A program made the translations under genes and the position numbers. Source: an archaeon (lineage in GTDB: Archaea > B1Sed10-29 > JAVZDC01). From it: DNA of 64,000 nucleotides. Below are positions 20,410-29,746 of the stretch, piece by piece; within the stretch, counting starts at the first letter, position 1; the number at the start of each line of letters is the position of its first letter. Below the pieces are notes generated by a model. The model made no database searches, was not told where the DNA came from, and saw only the letters and a list, made by a program, of their open reading frames with translations. The stretch is taken from the NCBI GenBank assembly GCA_038874115.1, contig JAVZDC010000001.1, forward strand, positions 266,871-330,870. Reading direction: 5' to 3'.

Positions 20410-21082
20410 CTTTCTTCTTCTCGATAAACAAACCTTCTTCTTTTAAAACCTCGAGTAAAGCCTTACAAGCTTCCTCATTTAAACCAGTTTCTTTTACTAT
20501 TTCAGCTAAAGTCTTAGGTGTTTTTAAAATTTGCTCTAACTTTGGCCTGTATTTTTTCAAAAAGTCTTTAAAAACAATATAATATTTTTTATCAAAACTA
20601 CGAACGCCTACAACTTCAGAATCCAAAGCCAATTCTTTTATTTTTTTATTTAATTCCTCTGCTTTCTTCTCATCTGAAAAACAAAGGTATTTCTTTCTTT
20701 TTAGAACGGAAATTTCATCCCCTCCTGATTCTGGAAGTATAAACTTAAAATATTCTTTAGATATTCCGATAAGTTCCTTTTTATCCTTTACATACTTAAA
20801 AAATATTTTCTCCTCGAGCATTTTAGAAAATAAATCAAATTCTTCTTTTGTTAATACATTGCGAATGTTATCCAAAGTCCTGTTCCAATATTTTAAAGAA
20901 TTTACTTTCTTTAGAACGTTTAATTTTTTCGGATCTAGATCAGAAACTTTTTTAACAAATAAAACCAAGTTTCCATATGGATTTAAAAACTCAACTTCGT
21001 CCTCATCTTCAAGTTCTAAAATCTCCCTAACTTTTTCTGGAATTTCCACGTATCTTTTTCCTTTTAGCAAAAAAATTTTCAT
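20390..21082 (-). CDS. Hypothetical protein with an N-terminal AbrB/SpoVT-like domain and a C-terminal winged HTH
   Basis: YVEIPEKVREILELEDEDEVEF (AbrB-like); KTLAEIVKETGLNEEACKALLEVLKEEG (wHTH). Confidence 0.6.
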   Translation of the reverse strand: MKIFLLKGKRYVEIPEKVREILELEDEDEVEFLNPYGNLVLFVKKVSDLDPKKLNVLKKVNSLKYWNRTLDNIRNVLTKEEFDLFSKMLEEKIFFKYVKDKKELIGISKEYFKFILPESGGDEISVLKRKKYLCFSDEKKAEELNKKIKELALDSEVVGVRSFDKKYYIVFKDFLKKYRPKLEQILKTPKTLAEIVKETGLNEEACKALLEVLKEEGLFIEKKKGVYVRA

Positions 21083-21087
21083 AAATA

Positions 21088-21579
21088 TCAAGTTTTTGCT
21101 TGACCGAGTAATAAAACACATTCTTCGTCTGGATCTATCTTAACAGTAAGACCTTCATAGGTTTTATTTAAGGCAAGCTTGATTACTGTTATAAAAGGAT
21201 GGATTCTAAAACAATATGGTTCAAAACCTTCATCTAAAATAGCCTTACAAATATTCCGATAGGTGCATGGAGCACGTACTACGCATTTTAAAATCCCTTT
21301 CTTTTCTTCTATCTGTATTCTTTCAGAAGGAATAAATTTTTCTTTATCCATGAAAGCAATATATTTTTGGCAAGCTTCCAGTGGAGTTTTCGCCTTAATC
21401 TGCACTTTGCGATCATTTAACCATTTCTGTACTGCCTCTGCTTGCACTTTTCTCACAAAATCTTCATTTTCTCCCCCTACTTTTCCCAAGGCATAAATCC
21501 AAGTATTAAAAATAGTGGATAGAATTCTGTTCTGATCTTCAAGTATTTTAATCTTGTTCTCTTCTTTCATAAACACCAC
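21088..21579 (-). CDS. V4R/MetOD1-like small-ligand-binding protein
   Basis: Cys pattern CTYRNIC..PYC..EECVL; directly follows the KaiC gene. Confidence 0.55.
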   Translation of the reverse strand: MVFMKEENKIKILEDQNRILSTIFNTWIYALGKVGGENEDFVRKVQAEAVQKWLNDRKVQIKAKTPLEACQKYIAFMDKEKFIPSERIQIEEKKGILKCVVRAPCTYRNICKAILDEGFEPYCFRIHPFITVIKLALNKTYEGLTVKIDPDEECVLLLGQAKT

Positions 21580-22320
21580 TTAAAACAATCTTTCTTGAGG
21601 GTATATGGATATTCCTTTTGAAGATATTACATATGGTCTAATTGATCTATCGCAGTTTGCACCTCTTTGTTTCAATACAGTTATCCCTCTTTTCCTTTCC
21701 TCTCTACTAAGATAATCTCGCATCAATATTAAACTATCTGCTAAAAAGTCTTCAAAAGAAAATTCTTCTTCTTGTTTTGATTTCTCAGATATTATTATTG
21801 AAGTTAGGCCTTGTCTTTTAAGATATTGAAATAAAGCTGCTATTTCAACTCTTGTCTGGCTTTCATCGACGCTTGATAATTTTAAAACACTCAAGCTGTC
21901 TATCACAAGTCTAGAGTAATTCTCACTGCTTAAAGAGTCTTTTATGGTAAAATATAAATCCATGATTGTTGGAGGTTTTGGAGGAGTCATTTTTGCCAAA
22001 CTTGGACTTATTCTTGGGTCCAATTGTTCGTATTCAACTGGAGATAATTTAAACTGTTTAAAAACCAAAAGGCCTTTTTCTAAATATGCCGTTAGGGGGA
22101 TCCCCAAATTTTGTACATTATTTATTATTTGCTGACTATTTTCTTCTAAAGAAATATAAAGTCCTTTTTCTCCCAATTCTGCACCTTTTGTTAAAAATTG
22201 CACTGCGAGGATTGTTTTTCCCGATCCAGGGGTTCCAGCGATTAAGTTTACAGAATTCTTTAAAAAACCGCCCCCAAGTAAAACATCTAACCCGGGAACT
22301 CCGGATGAAACCCTTTCCAT
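21580..22320 (-). CDS. Single-domain KaiC/RAD55-like ATPase
   Basis: SSGVPGLDVLLGGG, GTPGSGKT, SLEE, VIDSLS, LKQRG. Confidence 0.9.
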   Translation of the reverse strand: MERVSSGVPGLDVLLGGGFLKNSVNLIAGTPGSGKTILAVQFLTKGAELGEKGLYISLEENSQQIINNVQNLGIPLTAYLEKGLLVFKQFKLSPVEYEQLDPRISPSLAKMTPPKPPTIMDLYFTIKDSLSSENYSRLVIDSLSVLKLSSVDESQTRVEIAALFQYLKRQGLTSIIISEKSKQEEEFSFEDFLADSLILMRDYLSREERKRGITVLKQRGANCDRSIRPYVISSKGISIYPQERLF

Positions 22321-22364
22321 AATATCTCCAATTATAAAAATGCTTTCTTATTTATATATCTTTT

Positions 22365-22742
22365 TTATGATGAAAAACTACTCGAAACTGCGGAAGTTTT
22401 GCAAACCACCCCATCTTCAGTACATACTGTAAAAGTAACAGTTATACTACTTGGGCAATTATCTGAAAGGGTATAAGTGACATTCATGCCGCTCGAGTTT
22501 ACTAAACTATTTGAAAATATGCTCCTTGCATATTCTTTTCCAGTTGTGCAATTTACTGCATTACTTGTTGCGCTATAAAAAGCATTCTTTAAATCTTTTA
22601 CCCTGTATGCGACAGACAATATCTTTATTGCGTTTTGCTCAGATTCGTCAATTTTTTGCTCGACTATGAAAATCTGCAAAGCTAAAAATAGGAAAATCAC
22701 TCCAAGAGCCGCACCTATCGAAGAATAAACAAACCCTTTCAT
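22365..22742 (-). CDS. Minor type IV pilin-like protein
   Basis: MKG/FVYS.. cleavage-like site plus a hydrophobic helix; last pilin of the operon. Confidence 0.7.
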   Translation of the reverse strand: MKGFVYSSIGAALGVIFLFLALQIFIVEQKIDESEQNAIKILSVAYRVKDLKNAFYSATSNAVNCTTGKEYARSIFSNSLVNSSGMNVTYTLSDNCPSSITVTFTVCTEDGVVCKTSAVSSSFSS

Positions 22743-23026
22743 TTATAACACACCACGGTAACGTTAGCCTTTAACTGGCTCCCATCCCAGTATAAGTTTG
22801 TAAAAGCTGCTGTATCTTTTGCATTTTTACAATTTTCATTCCCTAAGTAAAAATCTTCATTTTCAAAATCGAAATTTGAGCCTACGATGAACGCATCTCT
22901 GGAGTAAAAGAAAAGATTCAAAGAAGAATGGTGTGAATAAGACATTAAATAGAAACTTACTGTTAAAAATAACGTTGCTATTGCTATCGCAAGTACGGCA
23001 TCCATTGAAATGAAAAACGCTTTCAT
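22739..23026 (-). CDS. Minor type IV pilin-like protein
   Basis: MKA/FFISMDAVLAIAIA. Confidence 0.72.
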   Translation of the reverse strand: MKAFFISMDAVLAIAIATLFLTVSFYLMSYSHHSSLNLFFYSRDAFIVGSNFDFENEDFYLGNENCKNAKDTAAFTNLYWDGSQLKANVTVVCYK

Positions 23027-23469
23027 GAACACACCTTAACTATTAAATCACCATTATATTCAGTTGAATCATTTACAACTTTAACTAATCTTTTGATTGT
23101 TGCTAGATTATTCTTCCTGAAGCATGCATCTTTATTCCAATACTCATGGTTTGCCCTTCCTAATCCAGGCTTATATGCTCCGTATGCCAATTCAACTTCA
23201 AAAGTATACCTTGCTATCCCGGAATTCTTTAAATATTCGCATCCGCTTTTTATTGTACTCATGTTTACTTTATTATCGTAGCCTGGCAAAATTGTTGAAT
23301 TTTTGGTTAAAAACTCTGAAATATCTTCTGCTTGGAAAAAAAGATCGTAGTTCTGGAATTCTTTTGTTTTCGAAACATAAACATCCAAAAAGTGAAAAGT
23401 AAAGCCTACCAAAAATAAACCAAGAGCTGCAGACAAAAGAAAATCTAAAGTAAAAATTTGAGCTTTCAT
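23023..23469 (-). CDS. Minor type IV pilin-like protein
   Basis: MKA/QIFTLDFLLS. Confidence 0.78.
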   Translation of the reverse strand: MKAQIFTLDFLLSAALGLFLVGFTFHFLDVYVSKTKEFQNYDLFFQAEDISEFLTKNSTILPGYDNKVNMSTIKSGCEYLKNSGIARYTFEVELAYGAYKPGLGRANHEYWNKDACFRKNNLATIKRLVKVVNDSTEYNGDLIVKVCS

Positions 23470-23475
23470 ACACAA

Positions 23476-23850
23476 TCACGGGAGTAACATTTCACCTGGT
23501 CGTATCTTAACGTTTAATGCAGCTATTTGTGAAGAGTCTTGATTCCTGCAAGTAGCTTGAATTTTTGAATTTTGATAAGAAAAATTACAAACGTCTAATC
23601 TTGCGCCTTCTATTTTCATTTGACTATAGTTAGATAAATCTTCTCGAAATGTTAAATCCCGCTGAGTATAATGAGTGGATAAAAGGTTTGCTTGATGAGC
23701 TAATCCCCAAGCCATAACGTCTGCTGAAAGTTTTAATGCTTTTGAACCCATCATCGCGAAATCTTGGGTAAATAAAAGTAAAAAACTTCCAAATATTAAA
23801 GTTAACAACATCGCAATCATCAAATCTAAAGATGAAAAAGCCTTCATCAT
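23476..23850 (-). CDS. Minor type IV pilin-like protein
   Basis: MKA/FSSLDLMIAMLL. Confidence 0.75.
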   Translation of the reverse strand: MMKAFSSLDLMIAMLLTLIFGSFLLLFTQDFAMMGSKALKLSADVMAWGLAHQANLLSTHYTQRDLTFREDLSNYSQMKIEGARLDVCNFSYQNSKIQATCRNQDSSQIAALNVKIRPGEMLLP

Positions 23851-24149
23851 TCTCCCCTTATCTCAACTGTATAACCACCAAGATTTTTTTCGCTCAAGTA
23901 TGCTTGAACTCCGTCAGGAGTGATTGAACACGATTCTTTTTTGATAGTCAGAGTAATCTCGTTTTTATCTAAAGTTTGGGATTCAACTATACAAAAGTTG
24001 GAAAGAGCGTATTCTTTTGCAAAAGCTAAAGCTCGAATATCGTCGCTTTTCGATACGAAAATACCAGTGAATGAAACCACGGTGAAAGTAATCGCTGCTA
24101 AAATAATTAATAGTTCGAAAGTGGTTTGACCTTTATGTCCTTTTAACAA
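23847..24149 (-). CDS. Class III signal peptide pilin
   Basis: HKG/QTTFELLIIL. Confidence 0.78.
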   Translation of the reverse strand: MLKGHKGQTTFELLIILAAITFTVVSFTGIFVSKSDDIRALAFAKEYALSNFCIVESQTLDKNEITLTIKKESCSITPDGVQAYLSEKNLGGYTVEIRGE

Positions 24150-24534
24150 TTACCTCACCAAATGAATTTGCAGATATCGATTGCCCTGCATTATCGTATT
24201 CAAATCCGGATGGTAAGATTCCAAAAGTTTGAGGAACATCTTTGGCTGGAGAATTTGGATTGCAACTTGCAGTAATATTGTTGTTATTCAATATATACGC
24301 ACAATCATAAGGAGCTTTTAGAAGAATTGTAACTTTTGCTCCAGATCCTTGAGTTTTCAAGAAGTTTACTGCTTGTTTTACTTTCGTATCGGATGCTTTA
24401 ATTAAACTATTTGCTTCAAGAAGAATGCCTGTATCTGCTGACTTTAAAGCAAGATTCAAGGATATTGTTGAAAATATGAGAAGTGAAATTGCTAAGATGA
24501 CTAAATATTCTATTGTTATTTGGCCTTTCATCAT
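24133..24534 (-). CDS. Class III signal peptide pilin
   Basis: MKG/QITIEYLVIL. Confidence 0.82.
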   Translation of the reverse strand: MMKGQITIEYLVILAISLLIFSTISLNLALKSADTGILLEANSLIKASDTKVKQAVNFLKTQGSGAKVTILLKAPYDCAYILNNNNITASCNPNSPAKDVPQTFGILPSGFEYDNAGQSISANSFGEVIVKRT

Positions 24535-24692
24535 ACCACCAAGTTCATAATTTGGTTCTTAAAACTATCTAAAATTGTCACTCCTGCTTGCGATAAAGAA
24601 ATTATTTGGGAAACTAAAGCAAATATCACTATGGAAAACATAAAAAGGACTACGAGACCAAGTAAATATTCGAAAGAAGTTTGGCCTTTCAT
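24531..24692 (-). CDS. Small pilin, 53 aa (not in the ORF track)
   Basis: Hand translation MKGQTSFEYLLGLVVLFMFSIVIFALVSQIISLSQAGVTILDSFKNQIMNLVV*; 4-nt overlaps on both sides. Confidence 0.85.
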   Translation of the reverse strand: MKGQTSFEYLLGLVVLFMFSIVIFALVSQIISLSQAGVTILDSFKNQIMNLVV

Positions 24693-24847
24693 GAAAGCAC
24701 CTTTGTTTTTATCGCATCTAAAAGACCCACAACTGTATCTTTTAAACCAAATATTTGAAGTATTAACGCTAAAAGTACGATAGCGATTACTAGAGTTAAA
24801 GCAAGGGACATCAAATAATCTAAAGAAACTTGGGCTTTGTTATCCAT
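24689..24847 (-). CDS. Small pilin, 52 aa (not in the ORF track)
   Basis: Hand translation MDNKAQVSLDYLMSLALTLVIAIVLLALILQIFGLKDTVVGLLDAIKTKVLS*. Confidence 0.85.
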   Translation of the reverse strand: MDNKAQVSLDYLMSLALTLVIAIVLLALILQIFGLKDTVVGLLDAIKTKVLS

Positions 24848-24853
24848 AAGTTG

Positions 24854-25600
24854 TTAAAAGCATGGGAAATTTAAAAACTTTGCCACAGGCCCGTACAAGA
24901 AACCTAAAGAAAGTAAAAAAGCTAAAGGAAAACTTCTTTTAACTTTTACTTTTTTGAAATGTTCCTTCAAAATTTGAGCCTCTTTTTCAGAAATTCCTGA
25001 AGCCTTTGGAATTATTCTATATTTTCCAACTTTGATTTCTTCGGCTAAAATCAATCCTTCTCTTGGTTCTGTTTCAAACGTAAAAATCGAATCTTTTGAA
25101 GATTTGAAAGCATGGAAAAATAGGAAAAAGTATGTGGAAATTAAAAATGCGGGAAAATAAGCAATTTCAAAAAGGGAAAAGAATAAAAACGTTAAACAAA
25201 GGATTAAAGCAAGTTTGCTTGACTTTAAAGATTTGAAGAATTTTTCCCTATTTTTTAAAACTGCGAAACTAATGACGTAAGCTGACGCTAGAGGAAAGAA
25301 TAAAATAAGGGCTTGTAAGATAGCTAGGAAAGGATAAAAACAAATAGAGAAACAAGGCATAAGGGCACTTGCAGCAGTGAAAAATTTTACATCTCCCCCT
25401 CCAACTAACCTAATTTTATAAAGAACATAAAAAGAGAGAAATGAAAGTAATACTACGAAAAAAGTTTGAGGGTAAAAATTTATTATAATCCCTGTACTTA
25501 AGAAAAAATAATTCAATTCTCTTGGAATTTTATGATACTTCAAATCGAAAAAAGATGTAAGAATGAAAAAGATTAAAGAATAAAAAAGGGTTAAAGACAT
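24854..25600 (-). CDS. Prepilin peptidase (A24, FlaK/EppA-like)
   Basis: SFFDLK and GGGDVK catalytic Asp motifs; multi-TM; inside the pilus operon. Confidence 0.88.
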   Translation of the reverse strand: MSLTLFYSLIFFILTSFFDLKYHKIPRELNYFFLSTGIIINFYPQTFFVVLLSFLSFYVLYKIRLVGGGDVKFFTAASALMPCFSICFYPFLAILQALILFFPLASAYVISFAVLKNREKFFKSLKSSKLALILCLTFLFFSLFEIAYFPAFLISTYFFLFFHAFKSSKDSIFTFETEPREGLILAEEIKVGKYRIIPKASGISEKEAQILKEHFKKVKVKRSFPLAFLLSLGFLYGPVAKFLNFPCF

Positions 25601-25626
25601 CGCAGGTTTTTGTAAAGCTTTATTTT

Positions 25627-25947
25627 TTAAGGTTCACAGTTTAAAAAAGACGCTTGGGTGGCTGTAGTATTATTACATGCGACAACCATGGTGGAGCCAA
25701 GAGTACATCCCGATTTGGAATTTCCAATATCCGAACAACCAGCTGTGCATATCGAAGTACAATCAAAAGTAGGTGCTATTGCTCTTTTCTGCTGGCATTG
25801 AGCAAAAGCTTCTTCACATTTTGCAAGACTTGCAGATTTCGTACTTGTCTTAAATGCTCCAGTCATAAACAAAACGACTACTGCAGCAATTGCTAAAACT
25901 GCTGCGACCATGATTAGGTATTCTAAAGAACCTTGCCCTTTTTTCAT
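25627..25947 (-). CDS. Probable major pilin, Cys-rich
   Basis: MKKG/QGSLEYLIMVAAVLAIAAVVV; own intergenic region with GGGTGA RBS. Confidence 0.85.
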   Translation of the reverse strand: MKKGQGSLEYLIMVAAVLAIAAVVVLFMTGAFKTSTKSASLAKCEEAFAQCQQKRAIAPTFDCTSICTAGCSDIGNSKSGCTLGSTMVVACNNTTATQASFLNCEP

Positions 25948-26027
25948 TTTGTCTCACCCCTTGAATTAAAAAAGAAAGAAGAATATTTAAATTTTTCTTT
26001 TTTAAAGATCACGAATTCAAGTAATAT

Positions 26028-26921
26028 TTATAATGCTGCCGGTACGCCTAAACCAAGCATTGAAATAAATAAAGACGCGACAAATACATATATCAAATAT
26101 GCACCAAGCATTGCGATCGGGATCAAAACAACTCCTTTGGAAAGGTCGCCTTCTCTAACTTGGACTGCGCCTGCCGTAGTTAAAGCTGCAGAAACTATGA
26201 CATAAAACTTGAATAAAGTATCGAATTGAGCAACCATGGAAAAAGTTTCTTGAGTCATTTCTCCTCCCATGCCAACCAAAATCTGAAGAACTGATTTTAC
26301 AATTCCGAAAACAAATGGAGCGACCCCTGCTCCCGCAACTAAAATAAATAAAAATTGCATGAATGTTTTAGTCTTTCTTTCTCTTTTCAATCTATAAAGA
26401 GCACGAATATCATCAGCCAAAGCGGTTAAAGTATCCAAAAGGGAGCCTCCAGCTTTTTTTGCTGCGATTATTATGACTGCGGCTCTTTGTAACATTTCAG
26501 ATTTTGATCTAGTTGCAAAGTCTGAAAATGCTGTCTCAAATGGCTTCCCCTCATACATCTCTTTAAGCATATCTTTTACTCCTGATGTTATTGGCCCATA
26601 ATTTGCTTTAGATACCTCAGTCAAAGCTGTTTCGATAGTCCCACCAGTTTTTAAAGTTGTACCGATGTGGTGCAAAACATCAGGTAATCTACTTTCAATA
26701 TTAGCTATCTTTCTTTGAACAAGATAAAAAGGCCCTCCTATTGAAAGGTCTAAAACTAAAACAAATAGAAGAAAACCAAGTGTTGGATCGACAAAATACA
26801 AGGAAAATAAGAGAATTAAAGCTATGGCTATGCCTCCGAATAAAAGGAATTTTGGATTTATTTTTATGTCTGCGTATTCCACTGCATCTTCATATTTTGC
26901 CAATAGTTCTGAAATGTCCAT
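26028..26921 (-). CDS. Type II secretion/Tad F-domain membrane platform protein (TadC-like)
   Basis: IESRLPDVL..LKTGG..YGPI..GGSLLDTL..ADDIR pattern and TM helices. Confidence 0.9.
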   Translation of the reverse strand: MDISELLAKYEDAVEYADIKINPKFLLFGGIAIALILLFSLYFVDPTLGFLLFVLVLDLSIGGPFYLVQRKIANIESRLPDVLHHIGTTLKTGGTIETALTEVSKANYGPITSGVKDMLKEMYEGKPFETAFSDFATRSKSEMLQRAAVIIIAAKKAGGSLLDTLTALADDIRALYRLKRERKTKTFMQFLFILVAGAGVAPFVFGIVKSVLQILVGMGGEMTQETFSMVAQFDTLFKFYVIVSAALTTAGAVQVREGDLSKGVVLIPIAMLGAYLIYVFVASLFISMLGLGVPAAL

Positions 26922-26923
26922 TC

Positions 26924-28072
26924 TTAAGCACCCGGATCTGAAACTTTAATGTAATAAATAAACACAAAGATTAACGCTGGACATATTACGAAATATAAAA
27001 GAATCAAAAAATCCACGCTAAATACGGAAAACATTGCCAGATATTTCTTTATGGCTGGAGCACTACCGATTGTTGTTAATATTGTTATCATGACTGGTAA
27101 AACAACAGCCCCCATCATTAAAAACAATCCTAACAAATTTAATTTTTCTGCGAAATCAGCTATTTTTGATTTTCTTTCAAAAGATACATCTTCCGCAATG
27201 GTTATCATTATTTCGGATAAATTTCCCCCAGTCCTTAAAGCTCTAACAATGTGTGCAACTACTCTCTTCAATGCTTCTGAATTTGTTTTATTCGCCCAAG
27301 CTTGCAATGCATCTTCAGTCGGAATTCCTTTTTCTATATTGAGAAGAACCCATCTTAAACCTTCTGAAAACGCTCCATATCCTCCATGAGCAACAGATGT
27401 TAAAGTCTTATGAATTCCGACCCCTGCTCTAATCTCGATTGACATGTGTCTTAACGCAAAAGGCAAATGTTTTTCTATATCTGCAGCTATCTTTGATGCT
27501 CTACTTCTTGGAATCACTAAACCAAAAGCAAGCCCAACAAAAGGCAATATTAACAACCCTAAAACTAAAATAGGTAAACTTATTGCTCCTACGAACAAAA
27601 GCAAGATAAAAAAGATTAAAGCTACAAGCTCGAGTATAAAAATTCCGGAAATTAAAAGTGCGATATACTGTTGAGCCGTATAAGGCATATCTGCCGCAGC
27701 GAGTTGATCTTCCAACCCTTTACCAAAAAGTCTTTCAAAAAAAGTAGAAAAATATGAAAGAATATTTTGGAATTTAAGGTAAAAACTTCCTAAAGCTCTA
27801 ATTGTCGGATTCTCATGCGCCTGAAGTTCTCTCACAGTAGGTCCAACTATTTTAGTTGCTCTTGGCCCGTAGTCCAAAACCTCTTTCAAAGCTGCCGCTC
27901 GTCCATATTCTTCTATAGTGATACCCTCTTCCACGTATTTCGATTTTAATCTTTCCACAATTTTAGAAAGAACCTCGTAATCTACAGCTTCTTCACTTTT
28001 AATTTCTTCCTTTTCTTCTTTTTTCGCTGGTTTCTTCTCTAAAATTTTCTTTAAATCTTCAATTCTACCCAT
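26924..28072 (-). CDS. Type II secretion/Tad F-domain membrane platform protein (TadB/C-like)
   Basis: IEKHLPFALRHM..RAGVG..YGAFS..RTGGNLSEI. Confidence 0.9.
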   Translation of the reverse strand: MGRIEDLKKILEKKPAKKEEKEEIKSEEAVDYEVLSKIVERLKSKYVEEGITIEEYGRAAALKEVLDYGPRATKIVGPTVRELQAHENPTIRALGSFYLKFQNILSYFSTFFERLFGKGLEDQLAAADMPYTAQQYIALLISGIFILELVALIFFILLLFVGAISLPILVLGLLILPFVGLAFGLVIPRSRASKIAADIEKHLPFALRHMSIEIRAGVGIHKTLTSVAHGGYGAFSEGLRWVLLNIEKGIPTEDALQAWANKTNSEALKRVVAHIVRALRTGGNLSEIMITIAEDVSFERKSKIADFAEKLNLLGLFLMMGAVVLPVMITILTTIGSAPAIKKYLAMFSVFSVDFLILLYFVICPALIFVFIYYIKVSDPGA

Positions 28073-29699
28073 GCTTTTCAGACTCCTCAAATTTACGTAT
28101 TTCTAATGCGACATCCGATAATTTTCGTATATTTTTCTTAACTAAAATTTCTAGGAAATCTTTCCTTTTTTCTTTTTCGTAATCGAGATCACTTTTTGAC
28201 ATCCCTGTAAACTTCATCAGCCTGTTTTCATACCTTGAAGATAAATTATTATTCTTTATTATGTCTGGAGCTGGGTCCCATTCGAAAAGAAGTTGAGTTT
28301 GAGGAGCATTCCCTGCTATACCTTGAATTTCAGCAAGTTCTGTCACTCTTCTAATTGTACCTTTTCTAGGATCTACAATTCTTTGTTGCATCAAGACAAA
28401 ATCCAAAGCGTCAAGCATCACTAAAGGAACATTCATCGGTGGGCTTAGAAGACGAACTAATGTTTCCTGAGCACTGTTTGCATGAACTGTACCCATGCAT
28501 CCATGGTGCCCAGTGTTCATGGCAGTGAACAAAGTAAAAGCTTCTGCATGTCTTATTTCCCCGACTATGATTCTGTCAGGTCTCATTCTCAAAGTATTTT
28601 TAACCAAAGTATCTAAAGTAATTTCTCCCAAACCTTCGATACTTGGAGGTCTAGCTTCAAAACGTATCCAATGCGAAAGAGGTAAATTAAGTTCTGCCGT
28701 ATCTTCTATAGAAAGAACTCTTTCTCTTGGGGGTATGAAAGATGCTAAAACGTTTAAAGTTGTAGTTTTCCCAGATCCTGTTCCTCCAGCAACCAAAATA
28801 TTTGCTGGATGCGCACCAAGCCCGGTAACTGCTAACCATAAGAACGCTGCTAATTCTGAAGATATTGTTCCATATTTTATTAAATCTACAACTGAATAAG
28901 GATCTGATCTAAATTTTCGGATAGTCAAAGTTGATCCATTCAAAGAAATTGGAGGAATAGTTGCGTTAACTCTGGATCCATCTGGTAGTCTTGCATCTAA
29001 AATCGGAGACTGCAAGTCAACTCTTCTATTTACATCTCTAGCGATTCTATCTATTATATTTCGAATTTCAGAATCGTCAGAAAAAACAACATTTGTCTTA
29101 AGCATGCCAAACTCTCGATGAAAAACATAAACTGGAGCTTGCGGTCCAATTACCATGATTTCTTCCAATTTATCATCTCTTACAAGATCATCAATAAGCC
29201 CATACCCAACCATTTCTTTCATGACTTGGAGAGCATAAAAATCAACTCTAGTGGAAGGTACTCCAAGTTCTGGACTTGCTTCTATTATTTCTTTAACTTT
29301 TTTGAAGTAAAATTCTCTTTTCCTCTCTATATCTCTGAATTCTTCAGGAGAAACTGTTATCAACCTTGTTGCGGCTTCTTTTATTGTTGAAATTAAAACT
29401 TTTTCTGGCCCTGTTGGTCTAACAACAGGAATCGCATATATTAGCAAAGGCTCTCCAGGCACTTTATAAATTCTTACAGAACCATAACTCGCTATCAAAC
29501 TTTTTTCTTTAGGCAACTCTGCTTCAATCTCTAAAAACTTTTGCTCAACTTTTAATTCTGGTTTTCCCTCTTTTTTTAATTCCGGTTTTTCTTCAGGTTT
29601 TTTCTCTTCAACCTTTTCTTCCACGGGCTTTACTGGAACGATTCCAGCTTCTCTTTCTTTTTTTGCTTTTTTCATTAATTCCTCAATATAAGAAGGCAT
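28065..29699 (-). CDS. Pilus assembly ATPase (CpaF/TadA/VirB11 family)
   Basis: DARLPDGSRVNA, TIRKF, GGTGSGKTT, LRMRPDRIIVGEIR, MNTGH..TVHA. Confidence 0.96.
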   Translation of the reverse strand: MPSYIEELMKKAKKEREAGIVPVKPVEEKVEEKKPEEKPELKKEGKPELKVEQKFLEIEAELPKEKSLIASYGSVRIYKVPGEPLLIYAIPVVRPTGPEKVLISTIKEAATRLITVSPEEFRDIERKREFYFKKVKEIIEASPELGVPSTRVDFYALQVMKEMVGYGLIDDLVRDDKLEEIMVIGPQAPVYVFHREFGMLKTNVVFSDDSEIRNIIDRIARDVNRRVDLQSPILDARLPDGSRVNATIPPISLNGSTLTIRKFRSDPYSVVDLIKYGTISSELAAFLWLAVTGLGAHPANILVAGGTGSGKTTTLNVLASFIPPRERVLSIEDTAELNLPLSHWIRFEARPPSIEGLGEITLDTLVKNTLRMRPDRIIVGEIRHAEAFTLFTAMNTGHHGCMGTVHANSAQETLVRLLSPPMNVPLVMLDALDFVLMQQRIVDPRKGTIRRVTELAEIQGIAGNAPQTQLLFEWDPAPDIIKNNNLSSRYENRLMKFTGMSKSDLDYEKEKRKDFLEILVKKNIRKLSDVALEIRKFEESEKHG

Positions 29700-29746
29700 A
29701 TTTTAAAAAAGCAAAAGTATTTAAAAATTTAATCATTTATGTAGAT

